Below, piece after piece: positions 1 through 9,462 of a stretch of DNA of 64,000 nucleotides. Source of the DNA: an uncultured Pseudomonadota bacterium (lineage in GTDB: Bacteria > Oederibacteriota > Muellerivitia > Muellerivitales > Muellerivitaceae); NCBI GenBank assembly GCA_963770835.1, contig CAVYRH010000026.1, positions 224,001-288,000 on the forward strand. The letters are read 5' to 3'. The notes beneath the pieces were generated by a model. It made no database searches. It saw nothing but the letters and a program-made list of their open reading frames with translations, and was not told the DNA's origin. Numbering within the stretch: the first letter of the stretch is position 1; every line of letters starts with the position of its first letter. The translations under genes and the position numbers were made by a program.

Positions 1-759
1 GGCAAGGGCGGGGCCTTGCAGAGCATCATGAACCAGGCCAAGGCCGACATGCTAAAGATGTCCCTTCCCCCGGGGGTTTCCTTTAGTTTCGTGGGCCAAG
101 CCGAGGACATGCAGGACCTCATCGCCAGCATGCTGGTGGCCGTGGGGCTGGCCCTCCTCTTCACCTATATGATCCTAGCCAGCCTCTACGAGTCCCCCAT
201 CCTGCCTTTCACCATCATGCTGTCGATTCCGCTGGCCATCGTGGGGGCCTTCGTGGCCATGGCCATTACGGGGCAGACCCTCAATATCTTCAGCATGATT
301 TCCCTGATCATGCTCATGGGGTTGGTGACCAAAAACGCCATCTTGCTGGTGGATTACACCGTTCAAATGGAGAAAAAGGGAGTCCCGCGGAATGAAGCCA
401 TCCGCAGGGCCGGGCTGGTCCGTTTACGGCCTATCCTCATGACCACCTTCGCCCTTGTGGCGGGCATGCTGCCGACCGCCCTGGCCCTGACCGAGGTGGC
501 CAAGTTCCGCCAATCCATGGGAGTGGCGGTCATCGGGGGGCTCTTGAGCTCTCTTTTCCTGACGCTCGTGGTCGTGCCGTCGGTTTACGGCTACGTGGAC
601 GACTTCCGCCTTTGGCTGCGCCGGTTTTCCGGAAGGGATAACGGGAACGGGAAGGAAACGGCGAAGGTTCCCAATGGCCGGAAAGGAAAGTTCCAACCGA
701 GGAAAAAAACATTGGTCCCAACAGGAGAAAAACGCAAACCCCAATTCGAATTAAACTGA
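1..759 (+). CDS. RND efflux transporter permease subunit (AcrB/AcrD/AcrF family), C-terminal part; truncated by window start
   Basis: Frame open from base 1. Motifs LASLYES..PFTIMLSIPLAIVGA, GLVTKNAILLVDY and RLRPILMTT are typical of AcrB-family C-terminal helices. Confidence 0.93.
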   Translation, partial: GKGGALQSIMNQAKADMLKMSLPPGVSFSFVGQAEDMQDLIASMLVAVGLALLFTYMILASLYESPILPFTIMLSIPLAIVGAFVAMAITGQTLNIFSMISLIMLMGLVTKNAILLVDYTVQMEKKGVPRNEAIRRAGLVRLRPILMTTFALVAGMLPTALALTEVAKFRQSMGVAVIGGLLSSLFLTLVVVPSVYGYVDDFRLWLRRFSGRDNGNGKETAKVPNGRKGKFQPRKKTLVPTGEKRKPQFELN

Positions 760-874
760 TTTCCCATTAATCCATGTGAATTTTAAGGAATGGCCCGCAT
801 CTTACGGGGGGCTTTACACACCCCCGTTTCCCCTGAATAATGGGCTCCTGTCGATTAAAAAGTCCGGAGCCAGA

Positions 875-1489
875 ATGAAAAGTTCCAGTTTAATTGCGTT
901 GTCCTTAGTAGGCGTTGTCGCGCTGGCTGTGTTAGCCCTGCCTGCCTGCAATTCAAACCCTCCTGTTGCACCTGGTAATGTAAGTAATTTTCAACCCTCG
1001 CCGCCTACGGCTACGCCGACTCCCTGCGCTAGTGGAAGTATTTTTGGAAACAATACGATCGGAGCTTCTAATACAGCCAATAACGATCTGTTTTTTTACC
1101 CTCAAGTCGCTTCATCCACCACGACACTGGAGAAACTTTCGATTTATACCACTTCAGCCGGTGCGGTAACCTTTGAGGCGGGAGTTTACTCCAACAACGC
1201 CGGGCAGCCTGGGAGCCTTTTGGCTGAAACGGGACCCCAAACCATCACTGCTGCCGCCACTGTGTGGACCACCGTATTTCTTCAATCTTATGTCAGTCTT
1301 TCCGCTGGAGTTACTTACTGGCTGGCCTATCAAGCCAGCCCCGCCGCCAGCGCGAGGGATAATACGGCCACTATTGCCTATTGTTATCAACCCGCCGGGG
1401 TTTTTGGCGCCTTAGCCCCCAGTTTTAGCAATACGGGCAATGTTTCCAGTGGATACACTTTTTCCGTTTACGGAACCACCTGTCCTTAA
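875..1489 (+). CDS. Putative lipoprotein with small beta-sandwich domain
   Basis: ATG at 875, hydrophobic stretch with lipobox LPA-C, Pro/Thr linker, then a beta-rich domain (LSAGVTYWLAY). Confidence 0.7.
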   Translation: MKSSSLIALSLVGVVALAVLALPACNSNPPVAPGNVSNFQPSPPTATPTPCASGSIFGNNTIGASNTANNDLFFYPQVASSTTTLEKLSIYTTSAGAVTFEAGVYSNNAGQPGSLLAETGPQTITAAATVWTTVFLQSYVSLSAGVTYWLAYQASPAASARDNTATIAYCYQPAGVFGALAPSFSNTGNVSSGYTFSVYGTTCP

Positions 1490-1532
1490 GGCCGTCCAGC
1501 CCAGCTGAATCAACCGCTCCTTGGGGGTTTCC

Positions 1533-2183
1533 ATGGATTCCAGCCGCCTAAGTGAACGCCACGTGATGATTAAGGAGCAGCTGGAGAAACGGGGAATTCA
1601 CAACCCCTGGGTGCTCCAGGCTATGCTGGACGTCCCCCGCCATTTTTTCGTGCCTGATTCCCAGCATATGAAAGCCTACGACGACACCCCCCTTCCCATC
1701 GGCCAGGAACAAACCATCAGCCAGCCCTATATCGTGGCCGCCATGATCGAGTTCATCGAGCCCGACCCTTCCCACCGCGTGCTGGAGGTGGGAGTGGGCA
1801 GCGGCTATTCGGCGGCGGTTCTCCGGCGCATCGTCCAGGAAGTCTACGGTATCGAAAGAAATCCCGTTCTTTTGGCGGAAGCCAAGAAAAGGATTGAGAG
1901 GCTGGGGCTGGGCCACGTGAACTTGAAGGATGGCGACGGCACCTTGGGCTGGCCGGTGGCCGCGCCCTTCGATGCCATCCTGGTTACCGCGGGAAGCCCG
2001 CGGGTACCCGAGGCGCTATTGCGGCAACTCAAGGAAGGCGGGTCCCTGGTGATCCCCTTGGGAAACCGGCAGGAGCAGAAACTCCTTCGCATCGTGAAAA
2101 ACCCGGGTGGGCGGTTGCAGGAGAAGGAACTTTTCCCCGTTCGTTTTGTGCCCTTGATTGGGGCGGACGGCTGGCCGGATTAA
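1533..2183 (+). CDS. pcm: Protein-L-isoaspartate(D-aspartate) O-methyltransferase
   Basis: VPRHFFVP, AYDDTPLPIG, QTISQPYIVA, VLEVGVGSGY, GDGTLGWP..APFDAILVTA, VRFVPLIG. Confidence 0.95.
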   Translation: MDSSRLSERHVMIKEQLEKRGIHNPWVLQAMLDVPRHFFVPDSQHMKAYDDTPLPIGQEQTISQPYIVAAMIEFIEPDPSHRVLEVGVGSGYSAAVLRRIVQEVYGIERNPVLLAEAKKRIERLGLGHVNLKDGDGTLGWPVAAPFDAILVTAGSPRVPEALLRQLKEGGSLVIPLGNRQEQKLLRIVKNPGGRLQEKELFPVRFVPLIGADGWPD

Positions 2184-2201
2184 CGCGGGAAGGATTGAAC
2201 C

Positions 2202-3080
2202 GTGGAAGAAACCAGTTCGAGCGATGAATTAGCGGCTAAGGTCCGTTTCCGGGAACCCCAACCAGCCCTTGCCCCATTCGTTTATCGTATGATGATGGGC
2301 GGAAGCAAGCTCGTTCCCCCCTCGATCCCGGCCTTTCAGGAGAAAATCCTCCCCCTTCCTTATTCCATTATCGGTTACCGGGAGTTCCACCCCGCGACGG
2401 AAAAAGGCAATGGGCGGAGAGAATTTATCCTCCTCGGTCCCCAGGGAAAACTCTACGAGGAAAAAGGTATGCAAGCCGTAATCACCACCATCGTCATCAA
2501 GCCAGGTGCAACCCGGGCTTTGACCGGGATTTCCGGGGCCAAGGCCGTGGATCGAATCATTTCCATGGAGAAAGCTTGGGGCGCTGAAGGAAAAGCCCTC
2601 ATGGAAGCCATGGCGCAAGAACGGGACCAGGACAAAAGGATGGATCTTTTAGAGGAGGCCCTCCTTCGGAGGCTCCCTCCTCGTTTAAAAGAGGATTTAT
2701 TCGTCATAGAATCGGCGGCTTTCATTGAAAAACAAGGGGGAAAGGAATCACTCGAAGCCTTCTTCGCCCAGACGGGTTATTCCCGGCGGCAGGTCTTGAA
2801 CCACTTCAACGGATTGATCGGATTCAGCCCCAAGCATTTCGCCCGGATAGTCCGCTTGAGGAACCTGTTCAAGGATCTGGACCTGAAGCCCGACCTGGAT
2901 TGGGCCAAGCTGGCCCAGGAACACGGCTATTCGGACCAACCCCACCTGGTGCGGGAGTTCAAGAAACTCATGGGAAATACCCCGGAGCGCTTTGCCAGGG
3001 AATTCCGGGAAAGGGGAATGTTCCTGCCGGGCGCCGACCAATCGGTCATTCTCCTTCGCAAAGACCCGAAAAATTCTTAA
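2202..3080 (+). CDS. AraC-family transcriptional regulator
   Basis: C-terminal double HTH: YSRRQVLNHF..LIGFSPKHFARIVR...WAKLAQEHGYSDQPHLVREFKKLMGNTP. Confidence 0.9.
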   Translation: MEETSSSDELAAKVRFREPQPALAPFVYRMMMGGSKLVPPSIPAFQEKILPLPYSIIGYREFHPATEKGNGRREFILLGPQGKLYEEKGMQAVITTIVIKPGATRALTGISGAKAVDRIISMEKAWGAEGKALMEAMAQERDQDKRMDLLEEALLRRLPPRLKEDLFVIESAAFIEKQGGKESLEAFFAQTGYSRRQVLNHFNGLIGFSPKHFARIVRLRNLFKDLDLKPDLDWAKLAQEHGYSDQPHLVREFKKLMGNTPERFAREFRERGMFLPGADQSVILLRKDPKNS

Positions 3081-3275
3081 CTGTTACATTTCCGAAACAT
3101 TTTTCCGAACGATTTAACCGAGGGTTTCCCTTTTCCCTCCCGGCGTTCTTTTCCAGCGGCCAAATTTCCCAAACGTACAATACAATTAGCCTCGTTTCGC
3201 AATATTTTCGTCGCTAACCTCACCTCTCCAACATCCTCAATTCCAACCAACACCGTTATGCGCAGGAGACGCCCT

Positions 3276-4325
3276 ATGAAAAGTTTTCGCCCGTTTTCTT
3301 TTGGCTTCGGAAAAGAACGATTGAAGTTCCATACCGTCTTGATCGGCCTGGCCCTCCTCGGTTTGAGCTTGGCAGCGATCTCTTGTAAACCATCCCCCGC
3401 GACGGTCTCCCCCTACCATCTTGTCTTGGAGGGGGGGTTCTGGACCCTGGCCAAGGGCAACGAGTCCTTTCCCGTGCGGGACGGGCATACGGCCCTCGCC
3501 TACAACAACAAGATGTGGGTCATCGCCGGTACCGGCGCGGGCGGCGATATGAGCGACGTCTGGTCCTCCTCCGACGGGGGCACTTGGTCCGAAGCCACCA
3601 CCCAGGCGGCTTTCACGCAGCGCCTTTACCACAGTTCGGTTGTCTACAACAACGAAATGTGGGTCCTGGGGGGCCGGACCAGCGCCGGTGTTTCCTTCAA
3701 TGACACGTGGTATTCCACGGATGGAGCGAACTGGACCCAGGCCGCGGGAAAAGTTGGGGCGGGCCCGACCTCGTTTTTTTCCGCCCGTTACGGCCAAAGC
3801 TCGGTGGTGTTCAACAACGAAATGTGGGTTTTGGGCGGCACTACCGCCGCCGTCACCAACGACTGCTGGTATTCCACGGATGGGACGAACTGGGCCCAAG
3901 CCGCCGCTACCGCCCCCTTCACGGCCCGCACCAACCACAGCTCGGTCGTGTTCAACGGGAAAATGTGGATCCTGGGGGGATTTAACGGCAGCGCCCTCAA
4001 CGACGTTTGGTCCTCCTCCGATGGATCAACATGGACCCAGGCTCCGGCCACCAGCCCCTTTCCCGCGCGGTTCGAACACACCGCCATGGTTTTTAACAAC
4101 GAGATGTGGGTCACCGGCGGTTTTGACGGGGGCATGAACCCCCTTAACGATACGTGGTTCTCCTCCGACGGTTCCACCTGGACCAAGTCCCCCACCTGGG
4201 GGCCCTATACCCCGGCGCGGGCCAACCTGGCTTCGGTGGTGTTCAACAACGATATGTGGGTGATCGCGGGCAACGGGATCCCGGGGCAACTTAACGATGC
4301 GTGGTACACCAATAACCTTTATTAA
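3276..4325 (+). CDS. Lipoprotein with about six kelch-like beta-propeller repeats
   Basis: Lipobox AIS-C. About 48-aa repeats F..R..HSSVVFNNEMWVLGG....NDxWYSxDGxxWTQA. Start uncertain (3258/3276/3321). Confidence 0.8.
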   Translation: MKSFRPFSFGFGKERLKFHTVLIGLALLGLSLAAISCKPSPATVSPYHLVLEGGFWTLAKGNESFPVRDGHTALAYNNKMWVIAGTGAGGDMSDVWSSSDGGTWSEATTQAAFTQRLYHSSVVYNNEMWVLGGRTSAGVSFNDTWYSTDGANWTQAAGKVGAGPTSFFSARYGQSSVVFNNEMWVLGGTTAAVTNDCWYSTDGTNWAQAAATAPFTARTNHSSVVFNGKMWILGGFNGSALNDVWSSSDGSTWTQAPATSPFPARFEHTAMVFNNEMWVTGGFDGGMNPLNDTWFSSDGSTWTKSPTWGPYTPARANLASVVFNNDMWVIAGNGIPGQLNDAWYTNNLY

Positions 4326-4334
4326 AGGGGCGAC

Positions 4335-5156
4335 ATGAGAAACCCAATGAGAAAAATCATGGCGGTCATTCTTTGCGTGGGGTCCTTGGCCACAATTGCC
4401 TGGGCGCAAGATAAGGATACCAGCGCCACTTATACCCTGGACTCCCATTGGTACGTGAAGGCCTATGGGGGATACGACTATTCCTTTTTGGACGACCTGG
4501 TGAACGGCACCAAGGCTTGGGGCACCGTGATCCAGGGGGGAGGACAGGTGCCGGTTGTCAGCACGGACCGAAGCGGGATCCTGGCCGGGGGGGAGTTGGG
4601 CTACCGCTTGGATGCGGACAACGCGCTGTCCCTGGAAGCCCAAAACGTCTGGAGTTCGGCCTTGAAGGCGGGCGTCAGCGGAACCACCGCTTCCGAGGCT
4701 GATCCCAGCCTGCTTTCCTTTTCCCTCAACTTTGAACACACCTTTTTACGTTCCAATGGGTTCCGAACCTACGCGGAAATCGGCGTGGGTTATTACCAGG
4801 CCAACGTGAATTACAACCTGAACTTCATCGGCCCGATCAACGCCAACTTCTCGCAGGCCGCGCCGGGCGGGACCCTGAAACTGGGGCAGGAAATGGACCT
4901 GGGCGGTTCCTTCGCCCTGTCGCTTTTTGTCCAGGGCCGCTGGGCCAGCTTCAACCAGCTGACGGCTTCCAGCGGCACGATTAACGGCTCCACGCCTTTG
5001 GCGGACGGGCCCTTCGGCCTGGTCATCGCGCCCCTCGCCGGTTCCAACCTCCTTTTCCTTGCCCCCACCAGCGGGGTTGGCTCTAACGGCCTTCGCTACG
5101 CCACGGTGGATTATTCAGGTTTGGACGGGAACTTGGCCTTGAAATTTGAGTTTTAG
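4335..5156 (+). CDS. Outer-membrane beta-barrel protein
   Basis: Signal peptide (IAWA-Q), amphipathic beta strands, C-terminal LALKFEF ending in Phe. Confidence 0.75.
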   Translation: MRNPMRKIMAVILCVGSLATIAWAQDKDTSATYTLDSHWYVKAYGGYDYSFLDDLVNGTKAWGTVIQGGGQVPVVSTDRSGILAGGELGYRLDADNALSLEAQNVWSSALKAGVSGTTASEADPSLLSFSLNFEHTFLRSNGFRTYAEIGVGYYQANVNYNLNFIGPINANFSQAAPGGTLKLGQEMDLGGSFALSLFVQGRWASFNQLTASSGTINGSTPLADGPFGLVIAPLAGSNLLFLAPTSGVGSNGLRYATVDYSGLDGNLALKFEF

Positions 5157-5220
5157 GTAAATGGATATTTCCGAACCCGCCCTACAATTTGCGGCATCAA
5201 ACTTTATTAAGAAGTCGACG

Positions 5221-5991
5221 ATGTATCGGATAACTAAATCTCCTCTCTGGACGGCTTTGAGCCTGACTTTGACCCTAGCGGCTTTCCCGGTTATGGCGGG
5301 AGCCGCCGAAACGGGTTCCATCTTTTTAGCCCAAGGCAAGGTCCAGCTGAACGGCTCGACGGCCCAATCGGGCGACACTTTGAAACCAGGCGATGAAGTC
5401 ACTACGGGCCAAGATGGAAAGACCGTCCTGAAGTTTTTCGACGGGTCCGAAATTACCCTCAAACCCGGAAGCGACCTGAAAGTGGACCGGCTGGAGGCGC
5501 CCTCGCCGGCGGACAAGGTCCTCGGGTTCAAACTGCTGTTGGGGCAGTTGCTGGCCAAGGTCAAAAAACTCGCCACGGCCAAGTCCTCCTTCGAGGTCGA
5601 GGCGGGCGGCGTGGTTTGCGGCGTACGGGGCACGGAATTCTCGATGGACTACGATTCGGCCAAGGAACAGCTGAAACTCCAGGTCATTTCCGGAACCGTC
5701 GGCGCCAAGGCCCAAGGGCAGGAGACGCTTTTCAACGCCGGCGAGACCGCCCTCTTCATCCACGGGGAGGCCCGGGACCCCCAATCGGGATTACCCACCG
5801 GGAAGAGACAGCATGAACCCTTCCATATGGAAGGTTCCTTGAGCCTGGACCCGGCCCTGATGGACCTGAAGGCCTTTTACGGCAGGGAACTGCTGATCAA
5901 CCACGACAACGTCTTCACGGACCCGGCGGTGGGCGGGACGGCCCGGATTCCTGTTGGAGCGGTTGTGCCTCCCGGGGAGGCGGTGCCATGA
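5221..5991 (+). CDS. Secreted FecR-domain protein with an Hcp-like peptide in its C-terminal extension
   Basis: Signal peptide. FecR motifs LKPGDEVTTG.DG...LKFFDGSEITL and GVVCGVRGTEF. Tail contains RDPQSGLPTGKRQHEPF. Confidence 0.85.
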   Translation: MYRITKSPLWTALSLTLTLAAFPVMAGAAETGSIFLAQGKVQLNGSTAQSGDTLKPGDEVTTGQDGKTVLKFFDGSEITLKPGSDLKVDRLEAPSPADKVLGFKLLLGQLLAKVKKLATAKSSFEVEAGGVVCGVRGTEFSMDYDSAKEQLKLQVISGTVGAKAQGQETLFNAGETALFIHGEARDPQSGLPTGKRQHEPFHMEGSLSLDPALMDLKAFYGRELLINHDNVFTDPAVGGTARIPVGAVVPPGEAVP

Positions 5992-7220
5992 AAGGCAGTT
6001 CACAGCCCACAGTCCAAAGTCGGCAACAAGGGCCCAAATGCAAAGTGGCGAAAGACCGGCTGTCGACTGTCGACTGCCGGCTGTCGACTTTGCTGGGAGT
6101 CCTTCTGCTTCTAACGCTGGCCTACCCGGCGTTGGGCGACCCGCGCGGGCAAGTGAGCCTGGGGGCCTCCCTGGACGGCTGGTCCTCCAATACTTCCCTC
6201 CCCTTTAATGGAACGGAGTTCTTCCTTCCCTTCACCTTTTCCTACGGGGTGGACCCCAACTGGTGGCTTTCGGGGCAGACTTCCTTCGCCGTGGGAAGCT
6301 ATACGGATTCGATCGAGGGAACCCGCACCCAAAACCTCTCCAACCTGACCGCCTCGACCCTCACTTCGGATTTCTACTTCAAGGGCTTCGACGTCCCCAA
6401 CATGGCCGAGATTTCCCTCACCCTGCCCACGGGCGACCCCTCTTGGGAAACCAAGCAGGTGGCCTCCAACATCCCGGCCATCTTCGTCAACAGCCGCTAC
6501 CAGGACGAGGGCTGGGGCGTGAGCGGCCTCTACGGCCTTTCCCTTTCCGCCGGGGCCAGTGTGGCATACGGAGTCTCCGTGGGATATTCCTTCGCGGGCC
6601 CGTACGACCCCTATTACGGCGGCCTTCCGGGGAACACGCTCAAGATCGGCGACTCCATTTTCGCCGCCTTCAACCGGACCGAAACACTGCCCGACAGCCA
6701 GTCCAATGTCTTCCGCCTCTGCGTCATGGCCTTCCTGCCCACCGACATCAACGGCCAGACGAACTTCCAGATGGGGCCCAACGGCAGCGCCTCCTATTCC
6801 TTCAACAACCCGGCGGGTTTTTCCTGGGGCGTGGGGGCCCAGATCTACACCCTGGCCAACCGGTACTATGTGAACACGGGCGGCGCGGTGGTTTACGGCG
6901 AGGAACCCTATGGGTCCTCAGGGGAACGCTTCAACTTTACGCCTTCCCTTGCCCTGGGCAACCTGACCCTGGGCGGCCTGCTGCAGTACGTCCAGGCCGA
7001 CGGCTACCCCATCAACGACTATTCGGGGCTGTATAACGGCGGAGGATTCGTCTTCGGCTTGACCCCCACCTACAACCTCAACCTGGACCCGGACTCGGCC
7101 CTGAACCTCAACGCCGGGTACGACTTCATCGTGGCGCACAACGCCTCCACGGGGTTCACCCAGGACGTGAATTACCAATACTGGGCCCTGGGGGCCAGCT
7201 ACTCGCTCAAGATTTACTAA
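5988..7220 (+). CDS. Outer-membrane beta-barrel protein
   Basis: ATGA overlap with the FecR gene. Signal peptide follows a repeat-derived N-terminus. Alternating aromatic strands; ends YWALGASYSLKIY. Confidence 0.7.
   Translation: MKGSSQPTVQSRQQGPKCKVAKDRLSTVDCRLSTLLGVLLLLTLAYPALGDPRGQVSLGASLDGWSSNTSLPFNGTEFFLPFTFSYGVDPNWWLSGQTSFAVGSYTDSIEGTRTQNLSNLTASTLTSDFYFKGFDVPNMAEISLTLPTGDPSWETKQVASNIPAIFVNSRYQDEGWGVSGLYGLSLSAGASVAYGVSVGYSFAGPYDPYYGGLPGNTLKIGDSIFAAFNRTETLPDSQSNVFRLCVMAFLPTDINGQTNFQMGPNGSASYSFNNPAGFSWGVGAQIYTLANRYYVNTGGAVVYGEEPYGSSGERFNFTPSLALGNLTLGGLLQYVQADGYPINDYSGLYNGGGFVFGLTPTYNLNLDPDSALNLNAGYDFIVAHNASTGFTQDVNYQYWALGASYSLKIY
5996..6092. repeat. Inverted arrays of heptamer repeats, in frame in the gene N-terminus
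   Basis: cagttca-cagccca-cagtcca-aagtcgg (5996-6023) opposite ctgtcga-ctgtcga-ctgccgg-ctgtcga-ctttg (6060-6092). Confidence 0.6.
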
Positions 7221-7233
7221 AGGAAGGGTTTCC

Positions 7234-8160
7234 ATGAAACTAAAACATTGGCTCTTGACGGTGGGCTTGGTTCTCCTGGGGGGAATAGCCCTCATGGCCG
7301 GCTGTTCTTCCGAGCCCATGGCGCCCCAAAGGGCTGTGGCCTTAGGCATCACCTTGAATCCCCGCGACAACGTGCGAGCCGCCCTCCTGGGTTCGGCCGA
7401 AAACGAAATCCTTTACCGGGTGGACGGGGCAGGGGAGCCGGCGGAGCATTCCACCTACGGCCCCTTTTCGATGCCCGTTTCCTCCGGGGCAGTGTCTTTC
7501 ACGGTGAATGTCCCCCCGGGCAACGGACCACAGGTTTTGAGCCTCCAACTGAACAACGCCACTAGCCACCAGCCCCTGGCTGTCGGCGCCGCTTCCTTCG
7601 ATTTCGGCGCGGGCCTGGAGGGGGGATTGGTGGTGGACATGGGATCAGTCACGCGCACCTGCTACTACGTCAACACGGACAACCCGCCTTCCGGTTCCGC
7701 CAATCTTTATGGGAAAGGTTATAACTTCCTCTTCCAAACCGACGCCGTGAACGCCGCCGTCGTGGATTTGACGGTCGCCCAGTGCGCCACCTGCACACCC
7801 GCCAACGCCTTTTATTTCCTGGGCCCCGTGAACTCCAGCTTGCCCACCCCTGTGACGATCAGCGACATCGCCTACCTGGGCAATGGGAATTTGGTGGATT
7901 TCGATTCGGTCCCGCCCGCGGCCTCTTTTTATCCAACCTCCTTGGCCGCCAAACCGGGAGGGGCGCCCTTTCAGGCGGGGGACATTTATTGCATCCAATT
8001 GCAGACGGCCGGGGGAGGTCATGCCTGGGTCCAAATCACCGATATCGGCAACACCAACAGTTGGGGGCCGGCTTTCATTTACCGCGTCAACACTACCTAC
8101 CCTTATTACGCATACCAACAAACCACGGCTGACCTTAGTAATGCCTGTACTTCATATTAA
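7234..8160 (+). CDS. Putative lipoprotein
   Basis: SD aaggaagg, lipobox MAG-C, beta-rich mature part with several Cys. Confidence 0.75.
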   Translation: MKLKHWLLTVGLVLLGGIALMAGCSSEPMAPQRAVALGITLNPRDNVRAALLGSAENEILYRVDGAGEPAEHSTYGPFSMPVSSGAVSFTVNVPPGNGPQVLSLQLNNATSHQPLAVGAASFDFGAGLEGGLVVDMGSVTRTCYYVNTDNPPSGSANLYGKGYNFLFQTDAVNAAVVDLTVAQCATCTPANAFYFLGPVNSSLPTPVTISDIAYLGNGNLVDFDSVPPAASFYPTSLAAKPGGAPFQAGDIYCIQLQTAGGGHAWVQITDIGNTNSWGPAFIYRVNTTYPYYAYQQTTADLSNACTSY

Positions 8161-8240
8161 TTAGTAAGGAGAAACTTGGCTTCCTGAACGCGCCAAAAGA
8201 AATTGGTATCAGGTTCAATTCAATCTTAGAAGGTGGAGAG

Positions 8241-8861
8241 ATGAGGAAATTGGGAGTGTGGATGGCGGCGGTTCTTTTGGCCGCAACCGCTGGGATGGCC
8301 TGGGCGGACGCAGCGGGGGACGGAAGTAAAAACCTCAACCCCCAACCCTTGCCACCGGGGGCAAAGCAGCAAGCCACCGGCGATACCGCCGGCAACGGAG
8401 CCGACGATTTGAACCCCCAGCCCTATCCACCGAAGGGAAAACCGGGGAATGCCGACACCGATCCCAAAGTGGGAAAAGAAACCCTGGTGAATTTCGAAGA
8501 GGGGAATCCGGATAAGCCGATCGTCGCGGGCCAAGAGGGGAAAGGGATTTATTATTATTTCAACCATGGAGATTCGGGCCATAAGCTCATCACCGGGCAG
8601 GGAAATAACGCGGGGGTCACAACCAGTACCAAGCAAACTTCCATCAATGCCAAAGGGGCAAAATCGCACACGAAGGGCTCCATCGTCGTCATGGAAAAGG
8701 ACGGGAAAAAGGATGCCAAGTCGCCGAATGCCTCCATCTCGAATGGAACTAAGGGCCAATTTACCGGCGGCATCAAAAACAGTTTTCAAAAGGCCAACAC
8801 CGCCTTAAATGGGACCCCGCACAACGGAGCCATGGGCGACGGCTCCGTACGGGGCCAATAA
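8241..8861 (+). CDS. Secreted motif-mosaic protein 1 (LNPQPLPP x2, VgrG-like peptides, GDGSVR)
   Basis: SD aggtggag, signal peptide ending AWA-D, low-complexity G/K/N backbone with embedded motifs. Confidence 0.8.
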   Translation: MRKLGVWMAAVLLAATAGMAWADAAGDGSKNLNPQPLPPGAKQQATGDTAGNGADDLNPQPYPPKGKPGNADTDPKVGKETLVNFEEGNPDKPIVAGQEGKGIYYYFNHGDSGHKLITGQGNNAGVTTSTKQTSINAKGAKSHTKGSIVVMEKDGKKDAKSPNASISNGTKGQFTGGIKNSFQKANTALNGTPHNGAMGDGSVRGQ

Positions 8862-8936
8862 AGAAAGGGTGCCTCCCCCCGGGAGGAAGGGTTCGAAGAC
8901 TTTATGCGGTTTTATCAATTTTTAGGAGGTGGAGAG

Positions 8937-9431
8937 ATGAAGAAATTGGCAATGGCAATGGCGGTAGTTTTTTTTGCGGGAACAGCGGGATTTCTTTGGG
9001 CTGATGACTTGAATCCCCAGCCCTTGCCTCCGGGGGCCGCTGGGGGCAATGGCGGAGACCAAATGCACAAGGCCGGAGGGAGTAATTTGACGGCCGGGGA
9101 CAAGGCCCAAATCAGCGGCAACCTAACTGGCGGAACGGGGGGAGGGGCCGGGAAAGTCGGCAAGGTCAAAGGTTCCAAAAGCGCCTATTTCATGAAGTAT
9201 GACCAGAAAACAAACACCTACAGTAAATGGTCAAAGGTCAACGGCAAAACCGTTCCTTACACCGGCGGTGCGGGGGCGGGGAAAGTAACCCTCAACAACA
9301 GTACCATCAGTGGTAACGGTGGCAGTGGGCTCAAGAAGGCGGACGCCGTTGATAGCTTTTCGAAGGAAAATGGCCTCCAAAAACAAAATAGTTTAAATAA
9401 GAACGAGTTGGTCCCGGCGGTTAAAAATTAG
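8937..9431 (+). CDS. Secreted motif-mosaic protein 2
   Basis: SD aggaggtggag before ATG 8937, signal peptide LWA-D, DDLNPQPLPP, GGAGAGKV, ends LVPAVKN. Clear paralog of protein 3. Confidence 0.8.
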   Translation: MKKLAMAMAVVFFAGTAGFLWADDLNPQPLPPGAAGGNGGDQMHKAGGSNLTAGDKAQISGNLTGGTGGGAGKVGKVKGSKSAYFMKYDQKTNTYSKWSKVNGKTVPYTGGAGAGKVTLNNSTISGNGGSGLKKADAVDSFSKENGLQKQNSLNKNELVPAVKN

Positions 9432-9462
9432 ATCCGACATTATTTCGTTAAAGGGGGAAGAA

